A stretch of DNA of 64,000 nucleotides from Microthyrium microscopicum. Lineage: Eukaryota. Made by a program: the position numbers and the translations under genes. The notes beneath the pieces are model-generated. The model saw only the letters and a program-made list of their open reading frames with translations, had not been told where the DNA came from and ran no database searches. This document shows positions 24,636-38,189 of the stretch, in pieces. Within the stretch, counting starts at the first letter, position 1. Each line of letters opens with the position of its first letter. The stretch covers positions 615,340 to 679,339 of the forward strand of contig MU004243.1 of the NCBI GenBank assembly GCA_010405405.1, read 5' to 3'.

Positions 24636-27600
24636 TTACCAAGTCTTTGGGCCAAACTTTTCACCCTCGGGCAGTTTAATCCTCACAGCCGTACCCAGTT
24701 GATCCTGTATTACCCATTAGCAAAACGACCCATAACACTCAATTTGAGTCCAAAACATACCATCGTCTCCATAACTGTCGTGTTTCCCCACCACTTCGGC
24801 GGCTTCGCCCCAGGCAACGTAATCGCAAAGAAAATGACAATCGTGCACAACACCAAACCTGTATCCAGTGCTGCTGCTGTGATATAGTTATACGTCTTCC
24901 ACCACCCACTCCAACGCCTTCGGACCCAATAGTTAAAGATGAGACCAACAATAGCCCAACTGGAGAAGTTCAGTGGTGTTGCTGGCGGCAGCCATCCTAG
25001 TATTCGTCAGTACAAGGTGGAAATATCGAAGCAAAGGTGCGCGAAAAAGGCATTTTCTCTTTCAGTGGCAATCTCTCAGAAGATTCGATGGACAGAATCG
25101 AGTGATATGGGAGCCATAAAGCGCGATGATATGACTTCCCCTAGACGACAAAATGAAGAAATTTCGACATTTCTAGAACTTTTTCCAAAAGTTGATCAGA
25201 TCACATGGGAACCACATGATATGATGGGAGCCATCGAGTGTTTTGGGAAATTTTTCTTACAACGGGAAATCTTACCCATGGCGCCTAACATCACTGGCGC
25301 GTTCAAATGTCGCACGAACGACCTCGGAAACTTCTTGGTCAGAAGGCAAAAAGCAATAGGGAGAAGCGCGCCGAGTAGCCAAAACCATAGAATAGGTCGG
25401 TAGATCGAACCAGGTCCGAACATTCGTGCTGGTCCTATCACGCCCCACACGATACTTGACGAAAAGAAGGTGGAACCATTAGGACAGGTGAAGTGAGATT
25501 CCTGTTTTGGGTCGCAAGCGAGTGGGATATTGGCCAAAACCCAGTTCATGGTGGCGATTTGAACGAAAACCGACCAAATTATGGCGACGATTTGAACGGA
25601 AAAGGTGGTGCGTGGAGGAATTTTCATGTAATGCGCTATCAAAATGTCAGATATAGCAGTCGAGCAATTGGGCTGGTTTCCCATCAAGTATGATGGTGGC
25701 CATAACATCTTATAAAGAAAGACGCTTCTACTTCCCATCGTACTCGATGGCTTTTACTTACCGAGCTTGAGGTCAGATGTGAAAACTTGGGCGTTGCCAA
25801 CCACGATCGTGGAGAACACTTTGAAGAGCATTACACCAATAGGTCTTCCAGGCAGAAGATATCCGGCAAGATATGGAGAGAGCACATTCAATCTTCAGCT
25901 CGTCAGTATCAGATCACAATCAGAGCTAACATGCCTGAAGACCAAACGGTCTTTTTGTGGTGGAACCGCGAAACGCCCAGCGCATTCGATGGGAACCATA
26001 GCACTTGATTAGAAAAGCATTCTATGGTAGCCATCGAGTGCGATAGACAATTGACATGTTTTGGGTTCATCGGATGTTGCCAAGAGATATGTGACTTCAC
26101 ACGGGGATAGTTACGCAAGCTGAATATTAGTTACTCCCTGGATCAGACACAGAGGGAGGATGAAGATCAGGGCGATCAGGCATGAAACTATAAAAGCCCA
26201 CCATGGAAGCTGTGTCGGATAGGCAAGGACTGCTGCCAAACCGAATGCCGTGCTGCAAAGCCATAGTGCTCCGTACCACCATTCTGGAACCTGGAATATC
26301 TTAGTCACTATATCAAGACCGATCGAATGAGATGGGATCCTTCAGATGCATTGGACAACCCCAAATGCATAAGCAGATAAGTCAAGGTGCTACTTCGTAG
26401 ACAAATCTTACCTCTGGGTACTTAGCAACGAGACGCATGTGGATGTCTGGTTCTTCGGCTCGAGAATTTTTCCTGAAAAGGGATATCAGTAGGGTCTGCA
26501 AGAATCGCATGCTGCTCGCACTTACAAGCGGGTCGCAATTTCCCTTCTGTGAAAGATTGTGGTATGTACTATCGCGGCCATCAAAGACGCGAATGATAGA
26601 CCTAGAGATTGTCAGTACTAAATTATAAAATGGGTCCATAAAGCCAAAATGGCAAGATGCGACATTTGCGAGCAATGGTGAGATAGTATTTTGAGAGCAA
26701 TCGTATTTGGTGAAAATCATAAAACTCTACTGAGAACACAACCTTCCGGGGCAATTGGATGTTATCAAGAGAAACGATTCTGATCTTGAGAGACTTACCG
26801 TAGTTGAGTGCAAATGTCGGCGCAAGAAACATCGGAGAATACTTTTTGTACTTGAAACTGGTCAGTGTATGTAATCTCATCAGTGTGAGACCGTAAAACA
26901 CCCATCGCATCTGGTGTAACCCATAGCACTCGATTAGGAGCCGCCTTCTATAAGAGCCATCAAATGCGATGCAAGATGGGGCGTTCTGCTCTCGTGAAAA
27001 ATAGTCAAGAAATTGGACTTGAAAGGTGTGGATCTTACCTTTGCTTCGTCGAATTGAAAGTCGGCTGTCAAGATTCTCTTAACGTCATATCTATTTCCAG
27101 TGTTATCGTAAGTTCTAGAAGTATTTATTGGCAAGTACTCCGAGTATAACGATCCCGTGTACGCTATACCAAGAGTGCTAACAACGACGAAGATGATGAG
27201 CCCAATAAGCGTGTTGAAATGCGAAGGCCATGGGCTTAATAATGGATTCTGGAGATCTAGATTTCTTGTAAATATAAAATCCCAGAGGCGATTTGCAGCA
27301 TTGCTTAACACTGGCCAATAGTCTGAAACTCCACCTTGTGGTAGTTCGCAAAAATGGAGGGCTAGGATGGTAGACAAACCGGGTATTTGCAGAGGACACT
27401 TACAGTTATTGATATATGTGAAGTCAAACGTGATTGGAATGAGAGATAGACCAGTAAATCCACCGAACAGCTGATTGATAACGACATCATTGGGCTTGAT
27501 CCATGTAATGAAAGCAAATACTGAAAGTCCTTGCCATATAACTCCTGGAAACCAGTAATAGAGAAACATGCCAGAGCAAACATAGAAGAAGTATCGGTAC

Positions 27601-28492
27601 CGTGAAATAATCCAGCCATTTGTAGTGGTAGGATCTGCTTTGCTCTTATCATGTAGAGTATAGAGTAATGATGTTGTCGAGAAGTTGCCAGGCCAAATCA
27701 ATGATGCTGGCCATACTGTAAATCGACGGTAAAGTCCAGCTAATGATATCCCAATCACTTGACTTGAAAGTGTAAAAAGCAGAGCGAAACCCCTTTTCAG
27801 TTAGCGAATTCTATGAGTACTCGAACTCCATTGATCACTTACCAGCCCATGTTGTGATTATATAAAGACTTCGCTTGCAATGCTTCGAGGGCGTTGGTAC
27901 TGTATGGATATCCAGAAGTGACATTGGCCATCAAAGTAACTACAGTATGTTCTTTGATAGTCCAGGGTCCAGAATTCAAAGTCCATTCAATTCCAAAGGT
28001 GCGAAACTTCCTCATGGGCACCGTTCTAGCCCATATCTCTCCCACGGGGTATACAAGAAGTATAACTACCACTGTCGGGATTGTGATTGCTGGCTGTCGC
28101 ATGCTTAAAAGCATATTGATCGCTGCCACTACCGTGACAAATAAGATACCCAGAATCCAAGCCCGAATGGTATTGGCAATCGATCCGTCATCAGTGTTGC
28201 TAACAGCGGCTCTCACTTCCTCATAAGGACTATCGTCGAGAAATTCATGCCGAGCCTGTAATATGCTCTCTTTGTTGCCATCATTTGCTGTATACTTTGG
28301 TGCTTCCACTTGGTCTAAGGGCGAAATTGAATCCAATTGGTGGTTTTTCCCGATTATTTCAGTATCGTGAGTAGTAGCAGTCTTCTCTTCCGACGATATT
28401 CGTGCTTGATCTGGTATATCGGGCTCGAGTTGGCTCCGGTTGGAATCGGCGACCGCATTTTGACTCTTCGACAGTTTCTGTCTCCACCGCAT
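24636..28492 (-). CDS. OPT-family oligopeptide transporter (Isp4-like), about 10 exons
   Basis: SPYEEVRAAV, NTIRAW, NSGPWTIKEH, EPDIHMRL, EVPEWWY, PGRPIG, DLKLAHYMKIPPR, FTCPNG, WGVIGP. Confidence 0.92.
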
Positions 28493-29090
28493 TGTGATAC
28501 TGCTGTAGGCAAAATTGCTAGATGTTTGGGCAATCGACAACTGGCTGCGACGCGCTTAAGAGACGGCCATCAGTTATACGGTAGCAGGAGATCCAAGCGA
28601 CTAGAAGAAGGCAGTTCCTGGTCCAAAAATCCTCTGTAGGTTACGCAGCGGTGTTGTGTGAGCACTAGAGAATGTACAATCAAGGAAGAGCTGTAAAATT
28701 ATTGTCTGATGTTCTCCATTTCCTTCCACGCGGCCAGAGGTGTGAATTGAGTAGGAATGCAAGAAAATCTTTTGATACAGCTACCATTGGTTTGGAAGAT
28801 AACGATCTATATTCGGCCTTGTATGGGAGAGTGTTCAATTTATATCCTGGCTCAAAGGTCAATCCTCTATCGACCGGATCCAAGCCAGGGTTAGGAACCG
28901 AACTCTTGAACGTGAGTGCAAACAGACAAGACAAGAAAGTGCAGGACAAGAAGGGCTGAACGCCACATCATTAGCACTTTGCTCAAATATTAAGATCATA
29001 CATTATTATAGTTAGAAGTTTTCGAGCCAGTGACATAGTTCGCCAAGCTGTATGCTTTTGGTCTTCTCTCCCATTTTCTAGACTCTTTGA

Positions 29091-31098
29091 TCATGAGATG
29101 TTAGAGTCTTTCTCCTTGATACTGGATAATGATTTTGCAGTGACTTGTTTTTGAGCTTCTTCCACTTTAGGCTGGGCAGTTTCGGAACCATTCTTAAGAC
29201 TCTTCCACTCTACAATGGCGGAGCCTAGAATCATTGCAGCGCTCAGAGCCGCAGCCAGAACAAATACACGAGTCAGTGCGTAGCTGTAAGCATCAACAAC
29301 TGCACCAAGGTCATTAGGCGGCACAACCTTGCGAAGGTCGGTAGCTCCTGTGTTAACAATCACCTGAAGGTCGAGGCCGGCGACGCCTGAGAGTTTGTTT
29401 ACTAGTTTCGTGGAAAAGATGTTCTGGGCGACAGACAAAAAAATCGAGCCACCGATCTGCTGCATGAAGAACATCAAGGCCATTCCGAGAGGGACATCCT
29501 TCCGTGGTAGTACGTTCTGCGCTGCTAGATTAGAGTTTTGGAATCCAAAGCCGATGCCTAAGCCAAAAAGCGTTTGATATCCAATCCAACTGAAATGTGT
29601 CAGTGTAAGCTCATCGTATAATATAATGTGTCAGATAATACCCTGCCTGGACACTTGCTGCTCTGCTGAAAAGCCATTCAAGAGCATCTCGCCATGATGT
29701 CATTTCAACAGGCAACCAAAGTTATTGACCTTGAGGACGTTTTTACACTGGGAAACTCACTGACTATGATTCGAGGTTGCTTTGAGTGTTGAGAGCAGGC
29801 CAGCACCAATTGATGTAACGACGGGACAGAGCAACATTGCTGGGACATAATATCCCACCTTTTGGGTGACTGCGGCGGAGATGATACCCATTACAACTAA
29901 TGATAGTACGACGGGGATCGTACTCACACCAGCTTTCATGGCTGTATCTCCCTTCGCTGCTTGAAACCAGATGGCGAGATAGTAGATGACCGACATCATA
30001 GCGCCGGAAAGTAGAAACATGAATAGCATGCTCCCGGCAATCGACCGATTTACTACCACTCGAGGAGGAGCCATGGCTGTTTCTGGAATTAGGATCTCAA
30101 CCGCAATAAAGGCGATGAAAAGCACTGCAAATGATACCAGGAGTCCGATGATCGTCGGAGCCGACCAGGGATGTATCGTTCCTCCCCACTGCAAGGCAAG
30201 GATTAGGGAGATCATGGATGGCACAAAGAAGAACATCCCAAGAGGATCAAGTCGTTTGATTTGTGCCAATATAGACACTTTCTCGCGCTTGGGCTCTTCC
30301 ACGTTGAGGAACAGAAAGATTACGAGGACTGTGAAGCCGCCGATTGGCAAATTGATATAAAAACACCACCTCCAAGTGCTGCAGTAAGTCAGTAAGTCAG
30401 TACATTTGAGTTTTGAGGCAAGGAACACCCACATCTGATCAGTAAATGTTCCTCCTAGGATTGGCCCAAGTACAGATGAAATTCCAAAGGCAAGGCCGAA
30501 TATTGATGTGAAAATAGGCCGTTTCCGTAGTGGCACTAGGGGCAAAATGATCATATTTCCACCGGAAAATATGCCGGCGCCTCCAATACCTGCTATGGCA
30601 CGTCCGATTATGAAAGCAGTGGAGCTTGGAGCCGCTCCAGAGAGAGCTGATCCTGCCTCGAAAACGACGACGGATAGGATGAAGGTCCATTTCGTCGAAT
30701 ATAACTGGTAGACCCGACCTGATATGGGATTGAAACAAGCACAAGTCAACATATATGCACTTCCGTACCAAGATATGTCCGATATCGTATTAAAGTCGTT
30801 GGTGATAGCCGGGATCGCTGTTGCAATTATCGTTCTATCCTACATGTGAGCCTGTGTCAGCCTTCTCCTCAGCCTTGTAGGTCGAAATAGCCTTGTTTGA
30901 TATACTTACCAATGCAACGAGAAAAATGGACAAGTACATGCCAATGATGATCAACCAAAACTTCGGGGTCTTGGGCTGATAGTTGAGCTCTGCATCTTCG
31001 TATTCATTGTACGGAACTGCTGGAGCACCGGATCCATCAATCGGACTATGAGGCTTCTCGTCATTGTTGGCGGAATGGAGTGAAGCTTTGGATGACAT
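29091..31098 (-). CDS. MFS drug/toxin efflux transporter (DHA14, 14-TM, AflT-like)
   Basis: FLVALD-type TM1, FEAGSALSGAAPSS, IIGRAIAGIG, VPLRKRP, WRWCFYINLPIG, LALQWGG; GT-AG introns. Confidence 0.92.
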
Positions 31099-31796
31099 GG
31101 TTAGATACGTGTAGTGTAGAAGGCAGAGAGCCAACAACCTATCTGGGTGGATTGTATATCCTCTTACCTCGTAAAGTGGCAGAGCGGCATGCATTAATAT
31201 ATATACCAGGCTTGTACAACAAAATGAAGACCGACAGGGGGATTTCGGACAATACAACTTCCCGAAAAAGTGGCTAATCCCCGGGGTCCGGTTGGTGTTG
31301 CTGTGATGGACACTGAAAGTATCGTATGAATACGAGTGCTAGTCGGGACCTGGTCACGCATTTCTGAACACCCAGTGCATTATCATTTTACGATTTCATT
31401 GGATTGATTATGCTGGAAGTTTGGATACAGCTGAGTTCGAGATCAAATGGAGTAACGCTGAGAAGGGGCAACCAACAGGGGCTGTTTCAGCCAAGAACAG
31501 GTGTTATTTAGATCTCTGAAGGGGCTGAGATTCTGGTTCCTTAAGCATCTTTTAGCCAATACAAATAACATCAAGATCCTCTAATGCTGCTCTACATACA
31601 TCAACGCGCCCAAAGTTCTTCCCACGTGAAGCGCCTAGCGCGCGTCGATCTTGATCTTCACGCGGCTATTGTCCAATCATAGTGCATCACTGCATCTTGA
31701 ACTACTCCGTTCGTTCTCATCCTGCGCGGACTTCGACGTCAAAGATCTGCCGCGTCGAATCCCTTGTATGCATCATCAATTTATTAGGAGCTGAGG

Positions 31797-34183
31797 ATGC
31801 AAAAAGCTTCCTCGCCTAGCTCTCAACTTCCAAAGTCACAGCGAATCCTTGCTTGTGTTCTATGTCAGCAGCGCAAGGTCAAATGTGATCGTCGATTTCC
31901 ATGTGCGAACTGCACGAAGGCGGGCGCAAAATGCGTGCAAGCAACCCTTGCTCCGCGTGGACGAAGACGCAGGTTTCCCGAGAGGGATTTGCTTCAGCGA
32001 TTGCGGCACTATGAAGAACTACTTCGGGACCATAATATCAAGTTTGAACCACTTCACAAGGATACAAATGACGAAAAGGAGTCCCCACGCGGTAATGAGG
32101 GCTCCAATTCACAAGAAGAACAGGCAGGGAGTAGGAAAATAATTACACTATCTCGCCCAAGAGATGCGCCACCTGAAATGGTGTACAAAGCCAAGTATGT
32201 GTTACTCTCGGTATCTCTTTATTGTTGAAATCTTCTTGGAAGAACCCTGTTATATGTGATGATTTTGACTGAAGTTGTTTAGGAGTTTGTGGCACGCTAT
32301 GAGCCAACAGGTAAGATTGGCCTTGATACAAAGTATAGCATACAAAGTGTATCATGCTAATAGATTTCCAGTCTCGAGAAGCGGATAGTGACAGTGATTC
32401 TCAAGACGATATCCCTGAATTTATTGTGAGAAGAGCATGGGAACAATTTGAAAACAACGGGCACCTCTTATTAGGCTCTCGAAACACTGTCATTGATCTC
32501 GTTTCCATACATCCAGATCCTATTCAAGTTCTAAGGCTGTGGCAAGTCTTTTTAGACAATGTCAATCCATTGATCAAAGTGGTTCATGCCCCCAGCTTAC
32601 AAGCTAGTCTTATTGAGGCAGCCAGCCACCTCAACAGTATTGACCCCGTTCAAGAGGCTCTTATGTTTGGCATATACTGTGTTGCTATACTAAGCCTTAC
32701 GTCAGAGGACTGTCAAAAGATGTTTGGTTCGTCACAACAGGACCTGTTAGCTCGATATCAATTTGGTTGTTCGGAAGGTCTACTGAATTGCGGCTTCCTA
32801 AGATCCTCCGATAGGCATTGCTTGACTGCCTTGTACCTTTATCTGGTAGGTTTTCCATGATTTAATATCAAATTGCCTGGCTGAGCAATCTAGATTTCTA
32901 TGAGGCCAACAACAGACTCCAACTCCGTTGCTTCATTGCTTGGGATTGCTATTCGCTTAGCGCAACGGATGGGAATCAACAATGAGTTTGCTTTGACTAA
33001 GTGCACCCCAATCGAAGCAGAAATGCGCCGAAGACTCTGGTGGTCTCTTGTCTTTTTTGATACTCGAATCTGCGAAATGGCTAGCGCCAAAACTGCAACG
33101 TTAACGCCTACTTGGGAGTGTCGAATACCACTCAACGTCAATGACTCTGATCTGCGCGCGGAAATAAAAGAGTTACCTGTCGTGCATGAGCAGCCGACAG
33201 ATGCACTTTTCGTTGTTGTCCGCTCTGAGCTGGGCAATTTCGTGCGTCACGCAGACTTTCATCTGGTTTTTAACGGTCCTGTACTGAAACCTATCGCCGA
33301 GAAAGCCAACCGTGGACTCTCCCCCGAGACGAAAGATCTGGCTTTCTTGGAGAAGACGATTGAAGAAAAATACCTCAACTTATGCGATCCAGATATTCCT
33401 CTACATTTCATGACCATTTGGAACACTCGGGCATACATGGCCAAATGCCGCCTTTTGGACCATTATTCCAGATGCTCAAACTCTTCCGTTCGACAGACGG
33501 ATGAAGTACGGGATACAGCATTTTCTTACGCCATCCGCATACTAGAATGCGATACGATAATGATAACCTCAAACCTTATCAAAGGCTTTCGATGGATGCT
33601 CAACTTACATTTCCCATTTCCCGCAATCATGCACATCGCTCAGGATCTGAAGAGGCGACCTCTCAGAGCGCACGCTGACAAAGCTTGGGAAGTATTGAGC
33701 AATCACTATCAAACTACGCGGTTCGCTGTCTTGGACGCTAGAGACTGGCCTTTCTTCGGTGTATTCACTACTCTCATTCTCCAGGCTTGGGACGCTCGAG
33801 AGGCAGCATGCAAGCAGAAGGGCCTAACAGCAGAGTCACCAAGGGTCGTCATATCCATTAGACAAAGAATTGCCGAAAAAGACAAAATTACACATGCTTC
33901 GAATGTGGTCCCGACAAGTGGTAGCACCGGCTTTGAGATCAGTCAAGCTACTTCTTCGATGCCAATGGGAAATGGGAACCAACCACTGCTTTACAGTGAT
34001 GTGGGCGCATATACTTACATGAGCTACACGAACATAGATTCCGGCTCGTTCCCTCAAATGCCAGGACAAGCTCTGTTCGACATGAGTCCTAACCAGTTGT
34101 ACTGGGCTGCAACGGATTGGACCGTGGCGAACACTGCGGCTGGCAACGTTGATACTTCTACGGATTCACCCGTACTATACTAG
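31797..34183 (+). CDS. Zn(II)2Cys6 transcription factor with fungal-specific middle homology domain
   Basis: ACVLCQQRKVKCDRRFPCANCTKAGAKC; FLDNVNPLIKVVH; AIRLAQRMGI; EMRRRLWW; PLNVNDSDL. Confidence 0.93.
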
Positions 34184-34895
34184 CCAAGTGCTCCACAGAA
34201 GTAATGGTGCGCTCTAGCTAACATTGGTGTCTGTTATCGCAATTTTTGAGTGAGACTCAAGGAGTTTGCCTATGCAATTGCCGAACAGACACTCAGGGAC
34301 GAAGCCGAGCAGATGGTAGACATAATACATGATGGAAGTGTGCCATTTACTTTGTTGACCCACTGACTGCTTATTGTCAGTTGACTCGAGTACTCTAAAA
34401 GCCTGATTTTGAAAGCTTCCAAATTTAGGTACGAAAGCCAAGTAAACCCTACGAGCATCAAATGATAAATTAATGAGCACGTGAGCGCGATAAGTGGCAT
34501 TTTATACCTGGTTAATTTACAAGTCGTACGGAATCCAGAACTAACAATCTTAATTCTTATCTTTAGGCGAAACCAAGAAAAGTGGAAGTGTTTTGGCTTC
34601 GGTATTACCTCTAGGCCAAATCTTAACTAATAAAGGACATATTTCGCTACTCAAACCAACCAAATTATGTCCCATATTCGAGAGAGACAGTTCGTTGTCA
34701 GACACGAAGATCATTCTATTCAGGTATTGGATTGTTTATAGACGATAAGAACAATAAGAGTGATCGTCCTCCGCACAGAAGGATCGTTTCTAGCTTGATG
34801 TACACATTGCAGTCTTCCCCGGACAAATAAAGTCAAACGTCAGCGCTATAACGTAGAACCACTAGTCCTTTCGAACTATAGGGTATATTGCCAGC

Positions 34896-34924
34896 CTGGG
34901 GCCAGTATTATACACTGGCCCCAG
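34896..34924. promoter_or_regulatory. Perfect 11-bp inverted repeat containing two inverted SYGGRG (CreA-type) sites
   Basis: ctggggccagt-attatac-actggccccag, ~480 bp upstream of the ATG at 35404. Confidence 0.45.
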
Positions 34925-35403
34925 AATATTCTTTTCTTCCATACACTGAAGAGACATATCATCGATTAATTCGGTCATCACTAATGATGAGGTATCTGCC
35001 CGAGCCAGCATTGGACCATGCTAGCTATAGCTTGGCTTCAATATTGCTTTCTATATGCTAAAGTTCTGGCTAGGTAGCTACTCTATATATATTAAATGTA
35101 CAATCGATCAATGTTCTTCACTCTCGTGCCTGACCTGAATCTGACATCTCGCTACCCGCACCGCTAGGTACCGAACTACTTCTAAGGCAGGTCATTGCGC
35201 AGTAGCGTTGTGATCGTAATGATTCACGTTCAGTACCTTGCATATGAATGGGTTGGCACGGTAGCTATTTTACTAGACAGTGCTCTTAGAAGCTATATTA
35301 CGGGCTGTTTCCATCGGCCGTACTTCGTAAGTTTTCTATTTGTGATTTTTGTGCTTTCATCCAACTTCTTGTCATTCATTGTCTTTGTGGCGGCTTCAGA
35401 ATC

Positions 35404-37806
35404 ATGAAGCTATGTAGTAGATTTTCAGCGTTAACGCTTGTATTTGGTAGCAGCGTTCATGGTGAAATTCACAGACTAGTTGTTTCATCGGTTGGGTTGG
35501 TAAAATTCCTCTCGCTTCGAGGTATAGTCTAATCATCACAGGACGCAACATCTTTTTGTCCTCGGCTTTGACGACAAAACAAACACACTTCGTCACGAGA
35601 AGACAAACGTTGCGCATAGCGGACATCTACATTTATCGCTCAGTCCCGATAAAGCCGCCATATATGGCGGCGAGACACAGGGATGGTCCAGCTATGCTGT
35701 TGGAAATACATCTGATCTTTACTTTACTTCATTTGTTCCCCTCCATGATCGCTGCGAACTGGGCAAATCCCAGACTGGACAAACAATCCTACAGCCAGCC
35801 AAAAAGTACCCCTACAATGTGTATGGAGCGAACAGGAGTCCTTGTGGCGTGGCTATGAGCACATCTCAGGATGCATCGCTTCGACAGATCGAGTACGATG
35901 TAAGCAGGCAACACAAGGAGAAAGATAACTCATGTTGACGCATGATTAGGTCCCATTTAGAGCAACATCCCGCATTCGTGCCATGACAACAGATGGCAGC
36001 TTTTTGTTCTCCGCAGACCAAGGAGAGAATGGTATATGGGTTCATAGAATCGCCGCAGATGGCAAGCTTGACCGTGGAAGGATAGCAGAAATGCCATTCG
36101 AAAACACGCAACCATTTCGTCTAGCATTACACCCGGGTGGGAAATACTTATATGTCATGCTGCGGAAGGAGAGTCAAATTGTTGTTATGGAAATAATCTC
36201 TGGGACATCCTCTGGCATCCCGCGATTAAGATATACGAACACAACTATCGCATTACTACCCTCCGGCGTCGACAGTAGAAGATATCGAGGAGCAGAGTTG
36301 ACTCTGAGTGCTGATGGTCGTGTCCTCTACGCAGCAATCAAGTACACGCTTCCCAAAAGTGAGAGGGATGCAGACGAAGACGACGACGACTACTCTACAA
36401 TACCAGGCAAAAGTGTCAGCACACACTCCGGGTCTGGCAAGGGTCAATTACCTTCAGCTAGCCCAATTCCTGGATCTAGTACCGGTTCTGGAGCTGGCAG
36501 TCAAAGTGCCTTGGAATGGCTTCAAGCTCTCGGGGATACGCTTGCAAAGGCACTAGGTAGCGCAGGAATTGGGGGCACAGATAACCTCCCCGGCTCAAGG
36601 AACAGCGGGGCTCAAGCCCCAGTATATCAACAGACAGGATCTCCAGCAGCTGAGCATACGCCTGCATGGTCACAGTCTGCGGGCTCTCAATATGGTCCAG
36701 CACAGTCAAATGCTGCTTCACCAATGGAATCCCAGCAAGGCACGACACAACCAGGTGCTCCTCCACCATGGGCATCTCCACCTAGCGGTACTCAAGCCTC
36801 TCAGTCTAATGGGCAGCAGGGTGTGCCTTGGCAATGGCAAGACGACCCAGATGGACCGCCGAGACCACCATCGGATTACAAACCGACCTTATCTACCACC
36901 TCCAAGCCCGCGCCAAAGAAGACTACAAGTCCACGTGTCATTGTCAACCATGTCGTTGAAAATACAACCATTCTACGCAGACGAAAATTAGATCATGTGC
37001 ATAGCCCAGGTTCCAAAATTCACAAGCGACAAGCGATGAATCCTGGATTTCTGACAGCGATAGCACTCTCTGACCCAGCTGGCTCTCAGAACCGGGGCTT
37101 TCCACTTCAAGTCATTATGCAAGTTGCGACTAGCACAACTGGTGGTAGATCAAATGTCTTGACACCAGCGCCCTGGGGAAACGGATACTTCTCTTTAACA
37201 GACAGCGAGCGCGGAATCGTACAGATTTGGAAAGTCGACGGCCTCGAGGCCCTTCCACGAGATGGCCCACAAAGCAACTTCAACCACATTCCAGTCAGTG
37301 GTGATCCACTGCGTGGGACTCAAGAGAATAATGCGTACGCAAACGTTCGGCCAAGCATTGTTGCAGAGTGGATCGCGCCCGCGGACGCAGTTGGTGATGT
37401 CAACCATCGCGCATCATCAGAAAGAGACAGAACTGCCCAGTCTAGCAGTAGCCAACAAAACGCGAACAGCCAACAGAAGCAAGCTGGATCGACGTATAGT
37501 CAAGAAAAGAGTACTGCAAAAAGTACTGCCAGTGGACGAGGAGGAGGACGAGATGGCAGCAGCAACAAAGGCACCAAAGATATTCGAGATCAGTGGGAAG
37601 AAGAAGATAACAGGGAGAGCCTGCGGCAAAGTGGCAGTAGAAGTGGTCAGTCAAGGCGTGGGAGCAGGAACAGTCGAAATTGGGTCCAAGATACAGAGTC
37701 CCGAGGATCGCTGACGAAGAGACAACCTGAAAGTAGCTCTTCTGATGCAAAGGCAGCAATACCTTCAGGGAAAGGATGTTGTGCTAATTCTGTGTGGATT
37801 AGCTGA
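35404..37806 (+). CDS. Secreted lactonase-fold 7-bladed beta-propeller (carboxy-cis,cis-muconate cyclase homologue) with long low-complexity insertions, ~768 aa
   Basis: Exons 35404-35495, 35542-35899 and 35950-37806. Signal-like MKLCSRFSALTLVFGSSVHG; family motifs FDD, WSSYAV, KYPYNVY, LFSAD, LHPGGKYLYV, TTGGRSNVLTPAPW, CCANSVW. Confidence 0.8.
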
Positions 37807-38189
37807 GTGTTTAGATATATCATATATCATTGACTTTATGTATTTCATGACCTATTGTTAAGGAGATTTCATGACGCGTAAAACTCCTGAAGAATCACCA
37901 AGCTGTACAACACCCAAGTGGTAAAGTAAGTATATAACTCGCAGTTGTTGCAGAGTGATTTAGGCCAAGTCGGTATTTACGTGTGCAAATGGACACAATA
38001 TGGCGCGCTCCCATTAGCGTCTTGATCTCCTTTCCGCTTCATGCTGATATCGAGTACTGACTTTGCTATCTGTTGGGCATGGGTAGTCGTGGAATATTGA
38101 GTACGATGGGAAATGGAGATGTTCAAGAGTTGCGAAGGTCCCTTGTATCGCGCTCGATAAGGAGCAGGAGAGGCGAGGCTACCTATTTA

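Noticed and set aside
28492..34183. Secondary-metabolite gene cluster
   Set aside because: Only transporters and transcription factors; no PKS, NRPS, terpene synthase or tailoring enzymes seen
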